A DNA stretch of 57,496 nt, counting the filler, from Nemertoderma westbladi (lineage: Eukaryota > Animalia > Xenacoelomorpha), in the NCBI GenBank assembly GCA_032718475.1. It is 3 parts of 3 records of this genome, joined end to end, with 100 filler letters (N's around TTAATTAATTAA, not from the genome) between each part and the next. Parts side by side here need not be neighbours in the genome. Positions count along the whole stretch, not along the records: positions 34,549 to 57,496 come from JAUCBJ010006488.1; 2 more parts are not named here. One strand, 5' to 3'. The notes under the pieces were generated by a model. The model had not been told where the DNA came from and made no database searches. It saw only the letters and a list, made by a program, of their open reading frames with translations. The first letter of the stretch is position 1; every line of letters begins with the position of its first letter. This document shows positions 35,005 to 48,229 of this stretch, one piece after another. Both the position numbers and the translations under genes were made by a program.

Positions 35005-36620
35005 ACTCTGTCATGGGGGGCGTGAGTCCGCGACTGCAGTGCGCACTCATACTGTGCAAGGGGCATGTGTCAGTGACTGCAGTTGACGCTCCTCTGGTCC
35101 TAGTGGGCATGAGTCGGCGACTGCAGTTCACACTCCTCTGGTACTAGGGGGTGTGAGTCTGTGATTGCAGTTCATACTCCTCTGGTCCTAGGGGGCGTGA
35201 GTCGGTGACTGCAGTTTACGCTCCTCTGGTCATAGGTTGGGTGAGTCGGCGACTGCAGTTCATGCTCCTCTGGTCCTAGTGGGCGTGAGTCGGCGACTGC
35301 AGTTCACGCTCCTCTGGTCCTAGGGGGCGTGAGTCGGCGACTGCAGTTCACGCTCCTCTGGTCCTAGGGGGCGTGAATAAGCAACTGTAGTTCACGCTCC
35401 TCTGGTCCTACGGGGCGTGAGTAAGCAACTGTAGTGCATGCTCCTCTAGTCCTAGGGGGCATGTGTCAGTGACTGCAGTTCACACTCCTCTGGTCCTAGG
35501 GTGCGTGAGTCGACGACTGCAGTTTACTCTCCTCTGGTCCTAGGGGGCGTGAGTCGGTGACTGTAGTTCACGCTCCTCTGGTCCTAGGGGGCGTGAGTCA
35601 GCGACTGTAGTTCACGGTCCTCTGGTCCTAGGGTGCGTGAGTCGGTGACTGTAGTTAACGCTCCTCTAGTCCTAGGGGGCATGTGTCAGTGACTGCAGTT
35701 CACACTCCTCTGGTCCTAGGGTGCGTGAGTCGACGACTGCAGTTCACACTCCTCTGGTCCTAGGGGGCGTGAGTCGACGACTGCAGTTCACTCTCCTCTG
35801 GTCCTAGGTGGCGTGAGTCGACGACTGCAGTTCACTCTCCTCTGGTCCTAGGGGGCGTGAGTCGGTGACTGTAGTTCACGCTCCTCTGGTCCTAGGGGGC
35901 GTGAGTCAGCGACTGTAGTTCACGGTCCTCTGGTCCTAGGGTGCGTGAGTCGGTGACTGTAGTTAACGCTCCTCTAGTCCTAGGGGGCGTGAGTCGGTGA
36001 CTGTAGTTAACGCTCCTCTAGTCCTAGGGGGCATGTGTCAGTGACTGTAGTTCACGCTCCTCTGGTCCTAGGGGGCGTGAGTCAGCGACTGTAGTTCACG
36101 GTCCTCTGGTCCTAGGGTGCGTGAGTCGGTGACTGCAGTTCACACTCCTCTGGTCCTAGGGGGCGTGAGTCGACGACTGCAGTTCACTCTCCTCTGGTCC
36201 TAGGGGGCGTGAGTCGGTGACTGTAGTTCACGCTCCTCTGGTCCTAGGGGGCGTGAGTCAGCGACTGTAGTTCACGGTCCTCTGGTCCTAGGGGGAGTGA
36301 GTCAGCGACTGAAGTACATGCTTCTACTGTGCAGTGGACATGAGTCGATGGCTGCAGTACGCACTCCAACTGTCCGGGAGATGTGAGCCAATAACTGCAG
36401 TTTGCACTCCTCCGGTCCATGGGGTGTGCATCAGTGACTGCATTGCACACTCCTACAGTGAGGGGGCGGGAGTCATTGACTGAGTGCGTCAGTCGGCATC
36501 TGCTCTGCAGTTCATATTCCTCCGGTCCTGGAGGGCGTGAGTTGGCATCTCCAGTTTGTGCTTGTCCATTTCTGAGCGGTGTGTCTCGACAACTACAGTT
36601 CGCGCTCCTCCGGTCCTGCT
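35005..36620. repeat. 44-bp GC-rich minisatellite (about 35 units), downstream of the SLC18B1-like first exon (intron 1)
   Basis: Unit CCTCTGGTCCTAGGGGGCGTGAGTCGGCGACTGCAGTTCACGCT; homogeneous centre, degenerate edges. Confidence 0.95.
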
Positions 36621-37039
36621 CCCTGTGCCTTCGAGTCGGGCCCTATGGGCTTTGTCGAAGGAGCCAGTCTGCGTGGGGTGGTGTTGATAATACTACAGTA
36701 ATACAGAAATTTGTTGTTGTCTGTTATTGTTGTTTATGCGCTGTCTAAATGTGTATTAAATTTGAATTTGAATTTTCCCCATTAATAATTAAATATTAAA
36801 TAGTTTTTTTTCTCTAATAAATCATATCGTATCAAATCGTATCGATTTTTATAATTATCCGTATTATATTACGCATAATTGCCGTTTTATTTATCTCCAC
36901 TCGTCACGGAGTTAAAAAAACAGCCACTTTTATCGATGTACAATAAGTAGAAAGAATACTTTTTAAGACGCGCAAATATAGATAATAACAATATAATTTA
37001 CATAAACAGATGGAACAAGTGTATATATATGTAACTCAC

Positions 37040-37224
37040 CCCACTGCTGCATACATTCCAAACAACAAACCAACTAAACTCTCATTGAAACCTTTATCTA
37101 TAGCGTGAGGAGGAAAGAAGGCTGAGGGCAAACTAAACGCCATCCCTATAACCAGATTTAGCGCACAGAGACTGACAACAGAATAAATATTAGCTGGAGA
37201 ATTGGCAACAACAATATCATCCAT
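37040..37224 (-). CDS. First coding exon of an MFS transporter, SLC18B1-like
   Basis: ATG...LNLVIGMAFSLPSAFFPPHAIDKGFNESLVGLLFGMYA (TM1-TM2 of SLC18-type MFS); GG|gtgagt donor. Confidence 0.72.
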
Positions 37225-37868
37225 ATTCTTTTTTTTATATAAGAAGTGAAATTAATTCAATAGAAACAAGTTGCTTTCAACAAACCTTATAATATTTTTT
37301 CATTCTGTGTTACGCTGTGTCCATGTTTGTGTTGCGATTTTTTTTTGTTTGACATCTATTTTTGCCTCACTAAAAATAATTAAATTTTCACTAAAAATAA
37401 TGAAATTTTCACTAAAGTTAATTTCAAAATTACTAAAAATAATCACACATCATTTAATAATTCATTTATCAGTAAAAAAACATTGCAAATCCAATAAAAA
37501 TAATGATTCATCGCTCATCGCATGATTCAATTGTTTACTTTAAATAATCATTTATCACTAAAAATAACTATTTATCATTAAATCTAATCATTTATATACT
37601 AAATATAATCATTATTCCTATAAAAAAATTTACAATCTTGAAATTTCATTACACCACATATCATCACTAAATATTGTTAGGCCCGGTACTACATGATAAT
37701 TTCTTATCTATTTAATTTTATTGCAATGAGTTCATGGTGTAGTTTAGTTCAGCATTCACAACTACTTAACAACAACGCAGGACCTAATGACCAAAGGAAC
37801 TACAGTATAATAACGCGTTACCAATTAAAGCTGTAGTGGGACGTAATGTTTTAGTGAAAAAAGGTTAA

Positions 37869-38172
37869 AATTAGTGTAAAGTGAATTAATTTAGTGTAAA
37901 GTGAATTAATTTAGTGTAAAGTGAATTAATTTAGTGTAAAGTGAATTAATTTAGTGTAAAGTGAATTAATTTAGTGTAAAGTGATTTAATTTAGTGGGAA
38001 GTGAATTAATTTAGTGTAAAGTGAATGAATTTAGTGGAAAGTGAATTAATTTAGTGTAAAGTGAATTAATTTAGTGGAAAGTGAATTAATTTAGTGTAAA
38101 ATGAATTAGTTTAGTGGAAAGTGAATTAATTTAGTGGAAAGTGAATTAATTTAGTGGAAAGTGATTGAATTT
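37869..38172. repeat. 19-20-bp AT-rich minisatellite (about 15 units)
   Basis: TTAGTGTAAAGTGAATTAAT repeated. Confidence 0.95.
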
Positions 38173-40805
38173 AAAATAATATTTAGAGAAATATGATTAT
38201 ATTTGGTTTATACAAAATTTAAAATAGTTTTAACATAATTATTTTCATATTTTTTATATTAATTATTTGGAAATCCTATTAAAATTAGTAAAGAATAACG
38301 CGTTCTAGAACTGCAATTCTAGAACTCGTTGGTGGAGAATAATTATTTTTAGTGATAGAATAAATATTTATTTTTAGAGACGGGAAAATGCACCGGTAGT
38401 GGACAAATGAATATTTTTAGTGGGAAATAATTTGTTGCGGTTTTGTTATTTGTTAGGACGTTATTGCTGTCTTAAATCTATTTGTCTGTGTATTTGTATT
38501 AAAATTATATGTCTGATATTAATTACCGAGCGCCATCGAAGTTAAAAAGGGTCGAGAGAATATTGAAAAATAAATGTTCTAGGTTTTTTTTATATAATAC
38601 GTAATTTTATTCTTAAATTGGTACCTTTTTGTTTCTCAATTTTGATCAAAGATAATGCGACATGGTCTTACACAATTAATTGAACTGTAGTATTTTACCA
38701 AATTATTGCTTCCATAGTTACTGCGATTCAAATTATTGTACTCTTCAACTCATTATTCTTCCTTTCCCAATGTTAAATAATTTAGTGTTAGAATATGTAG
38801 TACATAACTAGAGAGCCACTTAACTAATCAACATTATGTGGCGGGTATACAAAGGTCATCGAACCTGAAGGAGGCAAACTGATAGTTTTCGGCTACCAGT
38901 CAGACTGCTAGCCTGAGCATACAGCATACTGAGTACCTGACATAAGAAGTATTATTATTATTATAGGTGTAGATATACTCCACCGAGTATACACCACAAT
39001 TCTTGGATAATGAGTTCCGTTTTGAATTACGTCTTGTAGACAATAAAAGTTACAATAACCTTTGAGTATGTGAATGGATTTTGCTCAAATTACTTGCAAA
39101 CCCTTCCTACATCGATGCTATTTCAACACAGGTAATACAATTTAAGGAATTCTACCAAAAATATTGTATTTTACTTTTTCGGCGGGCAAAAAGTAAAATC
39201 AATGTGCAATCCTGAGTTACTTTTTTTTAGGGAAAATAAGTGACTATTTCTCCCGATTTTGTGTCGATTCGAGCGAAAAAGTCACAATTTAAGAATAAAA
39301 TGCTTTTTAAAAACGTCAAAAGTTAATTTTTTCACATTTTTGTAATAAGAAAATGAATTGCTTTAAAATACAAATTACTAGCTAGGCCTACTATAAAAGT
39401 ACTACGCAGTAACTAGTCGAGGCCTTTTTGGTCACGAAAGAAATTCGCTTTAATTATAAGTCTGTAATGAAAATATATACTAAATCGTATGGTGGCCCAA
39501 AATCGGGTGTCACACACAACGTCAAAGAAGTCTACGTTTATTAATAATTAATTGTTAATAGACCAACAAAGTGTATAAAAATAATATTATGCGGATCACT
39601 TTCAATTTCCTGTTTATTTCCTTAGCAACATGGATTTACATAGCAACAACGTAACTATTGGAAAGTTTTTCTTCAAACTTGGCGTAGACAAACTGTAGTC
39701 CAATTACTATCGATTGTGTAAACTATGCACTACTACATACAGTAGTTACCAATCAATCTAGTTTCCGGAGCAACGTAAATATAATAATAATAATTTCCTC
39801 ATTTGTAATACAGTACAGGTACCATTTTCGCCGGTACAAAATGGGAAGCTTATTAACACTACTTCTCTACAAAACGGGAGTATGTTACCCAGCCCATCAG
39901 ATTTATCGAACCCCAAAAACCTTATTCTCAATAAAATAGCCAGCCATATCATAAACTATTGTGATTTTTAAACTAAAACAAATAAATTAATTACACCTAA
40001 ATTCAATACAGCAATCCCAATTTTATTATGTGGAAAATCTTGGCTAACATTATTGGATATTATTACATTTCCCGGAAGTGGAATTATTTAATTTTTTTGC
40101 ATCAGTTTCCTTAATATATCGGTAATTTTTTTATATAATATTTAAAAATTTGATCGACTTCTAGTTTCCGAGATATAGCAATTAATGTGTAACACGCCGT
40201 GTAAATATTACTCATTTCCCATTGAATTACAGCTTATTGTGAAATTAATTAAATTATTCTGGAACATTACTAATTTGCTATTTACCCTTCCCTACTGTTG
40301 CTTTAGTTTTGCTTGTGTTATGCAAATTTACGTAGAATGTTCAATGAATAAACATACAGTATGATCCGCAAAAGAAAATGTTATAGACTTTTTGTCAACA
40401 AGGTACAATATTTATGTGGTATAACCAAAAAGTTTGGTTGTGGTTGATTGCGAAATACTTGAGTGAGTTTTGCTAGATTGATTCGACTATATGCCTCTTC
40501 TACACATAAGTTACTTACCTATGTGTCAATACAGATAACAGATGCTGTCAATAGTCATCTATAAAATAAAAGCTTGAGTTACTGAATAACATATTAGTTG
40601 AGTCAGTTATTGTTATACTAAAAGTTTATTGTATGTGCACAACTGGCATCCTCGTATCGTTGTAGTAGGTTCTTCTTTGGATATCGGTGGCGTATCTGCA
40701 GTACCTATATCATGGAAGTAATAATACGAATAGTTATTATTATACCTACCGACCCACCCACATGGCAATCTTACAGTAGTTAACGATTGATAATTGAAAA
40801 TATAT

Positions 40806-41602
40806 ATGACGAGTAAGGGTCTTGAGCCACGGCTAATATAAAATATTGTTAGTTTACCATAGAGCTATTTCACGCTTCTCGCGCGTCTTCAGTGGTATAT
40901 TTTTTAAACACAATTATTAATAAAATTTTAATAAAAAACAATTCAAAGCATAAAAAGATATATACAGTTATATGTATATATAGCTGTATGCTATAGTATA
41001 GCTATATGTAGCTATATTTGCTATGTAATGTGGCAGACTGGTAGAAATTGAGCTTGGTTAATAATTATATCGGAAATACAACGTTGTATAGAATTTATTA
41101 ATTTGTTGCAATCGTGCTGCCATAAATTTTGGAGGGGAAACCGGCCCGACGGCAATCTTTAAAATAGTCGATTTGTATAACGGTACGGGTTTGTTTGATT
41201 TTTAAATTTAAACAATTCCTCACATCAGAAGAAGCCCTTCGGTTAAAGATTGCCGCCGGGCTGGTTTCCCTCCCCAATTTAAGGCAGCACGATTGCAACA
41301 AATTATTAAATTCTATACAACGTTGTATTTCCGATATAATTATTAACCAAGCTCAATTTCTACCAGTCTGTCTCATTACACAGCTAATATCTATATTAAA
41401 ATAGTCATAACTACTGTACAGTATCATAACGGTATCCGTTTTGTATATATCTTTTTATGCTTTGAATTGTTTTTTATTAAAATATTATTAATAATTGTGT
41501 TTAAAAAATATACCACTGAAGACGCGCGAGAAGCGTGAAATAGCTATATGGTAAACTAACAATATTTTATATTAGCCGTGGCTCAAGACCCTTACTCGTC
41601 AT
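40806..41602. mobile_element. Long palindromic MITE
   Basis: ATGACGAGTAAGGGTCTTGAGCCACGG... and its near-perfect reverse complement; second arm pair about 41034-41150 / 41255-41372. Confidence 0.9.
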
Positions 41603-42724
41603 TAATATTTATAATTTGAGTATGCTTACGCCACGAAAGGCATCGTTCCATTACATTAACTCGCTTAATTGAAAGTATTTAACATTCCCATATCGTTCCT
41701 TTCAACTTCACCACTTAGAAACTAGAACATGACTCGAAATCTAGCATAATTTTCACAAGCATTTTAAAATAGTGCCTTTTGTGAAATCGCCCCTTTTTAT
41801 ATTGTGTCCATTCCTTTCTCACATTCGCGAGTTAATATACGGAATTATTAAATTGAAGCGAAAAAAAATGATAATAATCACTGATCCCGTTCCAGATGCA
41901 AATTAACCTAGTAAATTATGTATTTTACTATATTGTTACTATATTATTTTAAAATAATATTATTTTTTTTTATTATACAGTATTATAATAATTAGTATGA
42001 TAGAATTATGTGTGGAATGTAAATAGACTAATAGACTGAACTTTTACGAATAAATAAAAAATATATCATTACTCTCGGAAAGAAATAGCACACCAAACGC
42101 AACGGGGCCCAAAATACATTAATTAATTAGCTAAAAATACATTAATAAATAATTTCGTTCTATGATGCTTTTTCGCACCTTGAAAGCGTTGAAAATAAAT
42201 ATTGCCAAATTCAATAGCATTTGGTCAGAATCAACAACTCCCAGGTTGCAAAAAAATGCTGACATTCATCATTGTCAACCTTATGTTCGGTCCAGTAAGT
42301 TGAACAACCAAGAGACAGTGGGGGGGGGGGGGGGGGGGGGGGGGTGGTAAATGGACGCAAAACCCATCTCGGCGAATTAATATCTAGTCTAGCCTGAATG
42401 TTAAATTCTCAATTTCGGAAAGGAACAGGTTACGGTACGGTGACACGTTATTCTAACCAAAACAATAAGCTCAATAGAACAGGTTTGAATTGTATTTGTG
42501 CGCGTAATCTGCTACGTGTTAATTGCGTTAAACGTATTACTGTATTGTATTAGTTAGTTAGTTGTTAATTTATTGTATAATTGTTGAAATTATGCCGCAC
42601 TAAATCAAGTAGTTATCATCACAATAATCAGTAGTGTGCCTACTTTACTATAAAATATATAAATATTAAAGGATTCGCCTTAGCCGCTGCACTTCAACAT
42701 ATTAAATATGGAATAATAAATATA

Positions 42725-43635
42725 CACCATGACCCGTAATCTAGTGTCATTTTCTGATGAAACGGACTCCCCCCACCCCCCCCCCCCCCCCCCAAATTTT
42801 TCTACATATCTTTATCATATTGCTTGAAATTTGAAACACAACTAGTTCAACTCACCGTGGTTGTTACCATGAAGCCGGAATTTTAGATTTCGCCTTTAAA
42901 TTTTTTATATAAGCGTTTTAAAAAAGTGTCTTTTGCGAAATCGCACCATCCGTATCATTGCCATTCTTCACATTAGTCGTAATTTTTTCATATCAATAGA
43001 AAGCTTGCGTTACAAGGATTCCAAATATGTAACAATATCTGAATTTCGTTGAGAAACAGATGAGATATAGGCGTTCAAAGATTGCTAGAATTATCGTTCG
43101 CTGCAGGCCATTTATTCTATTTAATAAATGCACAAAATTCTAGAACGTGTTATTTATTTTATGAGTTGGTAGGCAACAGCGAAATGCCTATACAATATCA
43201 ATATTGCATAGCTAATCATACATAAACAAATTGTTCCAGAATATTGTGTATTTATTAAATAGAATAAATGGCATGCAGCGAACAATAATTCTTGCAATCT
43301 TTGAACGCCTATATCTCAGCTGTTTCTCAACGAAATTCAGACATTGTTACCCATTTGGATTCCTTGCAACGCAAGCTTTCTATTGATATGAAAAAATTAC
43401 GACTAATGTGAAGAATGGCAATGATACGGATGGTGCGATTTCGCAAAAGACACTTTTTTAAAACGCTTATAGAAAAAATTTAAAGGCGAAATCGAAAATT
43501 CCGGCTTCATGGTAACAACCACGGTGAGTTGAACTAGTTTGTTTCAAATTTCAAACAATATGATAAAGATGTGTAGAAAAATTTGGGGGGGTGTCCGTGT
43601 CATCAGAAAATGACACTATATTACGGGTCATGGTG
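42725..43635. mobile_element. Long palindromic MITE with TA target
   Basis: About 430-bp near-perfect arms; TA|CACCATGACCC...GGGTCATGGTG|TA, same terminus as the 15950 element. Confidence 0.92.
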
Positions 43636-43759
43636 TATATAGATATGCATAAAAACATAAATAAATATAATACAATACAATGATGCTGAATATATATGAA
43701 AATAAGAAATAAGAGGAGCAATAATTATCGCCACATATCGTGATTTATATAAATACAAT

Positions 43760-44300
43760 TCGGGTATTAAACATTAAACACATTAAATTTCATGGCAGTC
43801 TAATAGTTCGTTTACATAAGACATTGCAGCACAAACGTCGTTACAATTGAGGGTAGAATCCACAGTGTCGTAGTCTATGGAAGTGGGGCGCGTTCTGATC
43901 GTCGAGTTAAAACCGCATTCGCACAAAACATCTGCCTCAATCTGAAGTTTGCCACACTTACATAGGCGACGCTCGCATGGAACACGACTCCACCGCCCAA
44001 TATCAACACTAAGGTTAGTAGATAGTAATCGGAAGCGAGTCCAAGATTTGCGGTGTGACTCTACAATACGTTGTACTGTTGTAAAGGTGAGTGTAAACCA
44101 GAGGTGTTGTTAGTGTAAGACCTGTATATACTGTACCTTGTGGAGGCATTGGTAGCGATTGCGGAGCGGATTTCTGCCCATTTGCTAACAATTGGATCAT
44201 CCGCTTGGTTCAACAGCTTACAAATGATGGCCTTCCCCATAGGTGTCCTGTCCTGGCTTCGCAAACCAGATTAATTACAAACACAGCTGTTTATGCAAAT
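43760..44300 (-). mobile_element. 3' fragment of a LINE ORF2 (C-terminal Cys-rich region)
   Basis: TRFRLLSTNLSVDIGRWSRVPCERRLCKCGKLQIEADVLCEC. Confidence 0.7.
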
Positions 44301-44592
44301 TTTTGAGCGCCATTATTCTACATAACAGGTTACGTTGGCCACTAGTAAATAAAGCTAAAGGTTCTGGCTGTCCAGATTCAACATATAGCGATCTCTACAA
44401 ACATTATTACGCACTCGTAATGCAGCACAAAGTAGGTTTTTATAGTGCACTGCGGCTTGTGGTGCTGAATTACCAACCCAAGTATCGCACCCGTAACACA
44501 CTACAGATACAACAGCAGCACTAAATAAATACCTTCAATTTGATACTAAGGGGCGCTTCGGAATGCTTAGCTAGAAAGGCCAAGTTTAAGTT

Positions 44593-46362
44593 TTTATGGG
44601 GCGAGCGACGAAAGTAAGCGAGCTTAGCATACAGGAACCACTAACTCAATCGGTGTGTCTGTTGGTCTGTTGTTCTGTTGATCTGTTGTGTCCAATTTTA
44701 AACGTTAATAACTCCGCCAAATCGATAAAATATCGATAAAATATATCCAAACTTGGTTCATATGTAGTCTGGCAAAAGTTTAGAAATTTTCCAAGTTGAA
44801 TTTGCGTGGGGTCTTCATGCAGCATCTGTGTAACTGTCTTGCAGTTATAATAAATTTATCTATCCAAAAATTATTAGGCTTGGCATCAGCTGGTTGCTAG
44901 GAGACTGCAGGATATATCAGGTGGGTTTGAAATTCAGCAATATCGGTACAATGCAGCAATAGGCAATAATGTGGCCTTGGGAAGTGTGGTAGGCCTATTT
45001 CAATTTCAGCCATTCCAGCATTTCCAGGTTGCAGAGTTCAGAGTACGACACCGGTACCATGAGATGCCTGTACTCAGTACCGGTACTGCTCACTGCTGTT
45101 GCTGTATGTAGTAGGCCTAGCTTTCTAGGCTGGTTGTCAGTCTGTCAGTGTGGTACTGCTACTGCATTATCTGAGTATTGGTATACGTGTGGTAGGTTAG
45201 GGAGAGTCTTGCAATTGCCTGAGTGATGTCTGAATTGCGATATCACGACTATGCAGCAATATCATGTACCGGTATGGAACGGTACCTCAATCTTATTAGT
45301 CCTAAACATAGGCCTATGTTTTACAGTACGGTACCGGTACTGTTACAGTGGTACAGAGTTACCGGTACCGTCTTCAGGTCGTTGGCGCCACCCACCAATC
45401 TGCTCGAAAAATGAATAAGTGAATAAAAAGCAGCTATGAGGAGAACCCTGTATTAGCTAAATAACTAGCTAATCCTCGATGAAATCTAACCAAACTTAGT
45501 ACACATGTTGTTTGGCATAAGTTTAGAAATTTTCCAAGTTGAATTTGCATGTGGCCTTCATGAAGCTAAGATAAAAGCAGTTAATTCGTTAATTAAGTTG
45601 ATTACGACAACAAAAACAGCATTTTCAACCTCCTTTTAATGGAAAAAAATTATTCCATTATAGTTTTAAATTAGTTCAAGTGATTTAATTTAAGAAATGT
45701 GTTTTTAATTGATCTAAACATAATTAAGTTATCAAAATGCCCCGGTCACTCTATACTTCCAACTCCCCCATTCCTTGGCATGCTTGCTATTGCCTAGCCT
45801 AGCTGGTAACCAGTTCAAACACCTCACCACTACTCAAGTAAAGGGTAATTACATCTATACTACAGGCAGCAGTGTAAGGAGCCAGACGAATAAGACAGTA
45901 GGATGGCAAAAACGTTAGTCCTTATCTGATCTGATCTGCTCAGATGTTTATCTCGCAAAATGATTGGCTGAGTAATTAATTGTGATTCTTTGGAATAATT
46001 AGCTAAATAATTTAAAATAATTTAATGATTAGTTAAGGTGTTGACATGGTAAATTAATTTTTCAGTATCTCAATACTTTAGGCATAAGTTTACAAATTGG
46101 GTCGCCTCCACGCCTAAAATTTATTACTATTAAAGTACAAATTTCCTGTTAATACCTGTCTTTCATAAATCCTCTGTGCGCCTTTTGGTTGGGGTGGTGC
46201 TGATTAAGAGGGGCGTTGGAGGGGAACTTTTCCCTCTTCTTTGATTTATTGGCGTTTTGGTTAAATCTCTTAAATACCGATTTTATGATAGAATCGCTCA
46301 ATTTTAATTTGTATTTCATAACTGACGCTCGTGCTGCGCGAAGGGCCCACGAATTTGTAAAT
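44593..46362 (+). mobile_element. Helentron-associated (HINE/DINE-1-like) element with internal duplication and insert
   Basis: TTTATGGGGCGAGCGACGAAAGTAAGCGAG start, (TCTGTTG)-like tract, CCAAACTTGG core twice, 3' CGCTCGTGCTGCGCGAAGGGCCCACGAA. Confidence 0.6.
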
Positions 46363-46479
46363 TTGGTCAATCAGAATCGAGACACCCAAATTTTATAGTT
46401 ATTCAATGTTAAATCTAATGACAATCAAAGCAACTGAGTATAAGTAATAGAGATAATAGTTTTTACGATTGTAGATTTA

Positions 46480-47355
46480 CTAAACACTAATCTTCATCTC
46501 AACTGTATCCATCGGAACGTAGCTCTTATGGTCTGTGAATGTGAACCAGACAGTTCCCTCCTTCCACTCCCCACCGTAGACCCCATTTAGATTGGAGTAG
46601 GTGCAGCTTCGGTACCACCAACCCCCTCTGCGGTCAGCGGCGCAGTTATTGGAAGAAAGATCGTTGTCGAAATTCATAGTAGAGAAAGGTTGTCCATCGT
46701 TGTATTCCATTGAGTCACCAGCAGTGCTGTCGTTGTTAAACTGAGATATATGTAAAGTGTAGTTATTTTTTGAACCTCCAATACTAAAATTTTGGTACTC
46801 GGCGTACTTGTGTTGCCCTTGGTACCAAAGATCCACCCTAAGTATCACTCCACATTCGCTCAATTTGTGTATATTTTCCAGCCCGATCCAAAAATTATCG
46901 GTAATATTTCCAAAACCAGACACGTATTCCTCCCAATCTAGATAGAAACTATCGTCTTTATTAACCCGCCTTTGTATAACCAACCATGGGCCACCAGGGA
47001 CTGAGTTGTCGCATCGAATAGATTCTCCTATACCGAACGTGTGGCTGACGATATCAGTGGCGTTTACTAAGGTATTTGTGCAAACGGATGTTAGAACAGA
47101 TGTAGGAGTGGATGTAGGAACGGTTGTAGAAATTGTCGATTTTACCGTAGAAGCAGATGTAGTAACCGTTTTGGGAGGGGGAAGAGCAGATGTACGAGCA
47201 GATAAAGGTAAGGTTGTAAGTATGAATGTAGAATTTGTGTGATAATGTTTTTCTTGTTTATTAGCCGTTAATACGATAAAGAAGGATGTTATGACGACAA
47301 CCAAAACAACCACTACCGCACAAGCGACTACAACCAGCAATCTTTGGTTCGCCAT
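46480..47355 (-). CDS. Type-II membrane fibrinogen-related domain protein (FIBCD1/ficolin-like FReD) with Thr-rich stalk, intronless
   Basis: N-terminal hydrophobic anchor, T/S-rich region, GPWLVIQRR, W.EY..GFG..FWIGLE, FST..DND..NCA...GGWWY..C..SNLNG. Confidence 0.9.
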   Translation of the reverse strand: MANQRLLVVVACAVVVVLVVVITSFFIVLTANKQEKHYHTNSTFILTTLPLSARTSALPPPKTVTTSASTVKSTISTTVPTSTPTSVLTSVCTNTLVNATDIVSHTFGIGESIRCDNSVPGGPWLVIQRRVNKDDSFYLDWEEYVSGFGNITDNFWIGLENIHKLSECGVILRVDLWYQGQHKYAEYQNFSIGGSKNNYTLHISQFNNDSTAGDSMEYNDGQPFSTMNFDNDLSSNNCAADRRGGWWYRSCTYSNLNGVYGGEWKEGTVWFTFTDHKSYVPMDTVEMKISV

Positions 47356-48229
47356 TATTTATTGTGTAATAAAATGTCATTTATTACATTGTTAGAATGG
47401 AAGCTTAAGATAATAACTTGTTATTATTCTTTATTAAAATGTAGATATTTTTAATTAATCCATTTCAAAATCAGTAACATGTGATGCAGTCGTTCATGTA
47501 CCTATGGATGTTACTGATTACATATTTGTGTGCAAATTAACTCCTTACAATGTGCTGATCCGAGTGTTTTATATTAGCACCAAGTACATGTTGATTTAAT
47601 CCAAAAAAATAGTATATTACTTTTGTTAAAAGAAAGTGAAAGTGACTGAAATAAAAGTGGTATGAAGTCGCAGAAAATAAGAAAATGTAGAAAATGCAGA
47701 AAATGTTTATATAAAGTTGTGTTGATATGTTCATATTTACGTTTTCATTTCAATTAATATTTATCGCACCATAGAAAAATATACCGGCAGTTAATATGAT
47801 AAGAAATATCCTATTCATAAAATGTAGAAACTGAAACGCGATCCCCTACAACCTCGAAATGTCTGAGCTCAAGGTCTGAGCCCAACTTCTGAGCCCAACG
47901 TCTGAGCTTGTTTAAGTATCAATGGCAAATCAATGCAAATACAGCAAACACACATCCCGTACTAACTTTTCGTCATTTAATCTCTCTAATGTGTAAATAC
48001 AAGTTAATATTGTTATCTTTTAGGCGAGACATGTTGTAAGCGAAACCATAGAAAGAGTATTAAATTAGTTTACGATTAGTCTGACTTATAGGAATTTCTG
48101 GTGTTGCTCTTTCGGTCAATGCGGAATTCTGAGGTCAGTAGTTGACGGGGGACAACCCATAGGGGGGTGTGGGGGGGGAATCAGACCTGAGTGTTTAAAG
48201 CTCATCTATCCCATCATAGTAGACATGTA

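Noticed and set aside
35005-36620. CTCF site array in the 44-bp satellite (CTAGGGGGCG)
   Set aside because: The 5' CC of the core is missing (GTCCTAG) and the TGCAG spacing is off by about 2 bp; only a half-site match.
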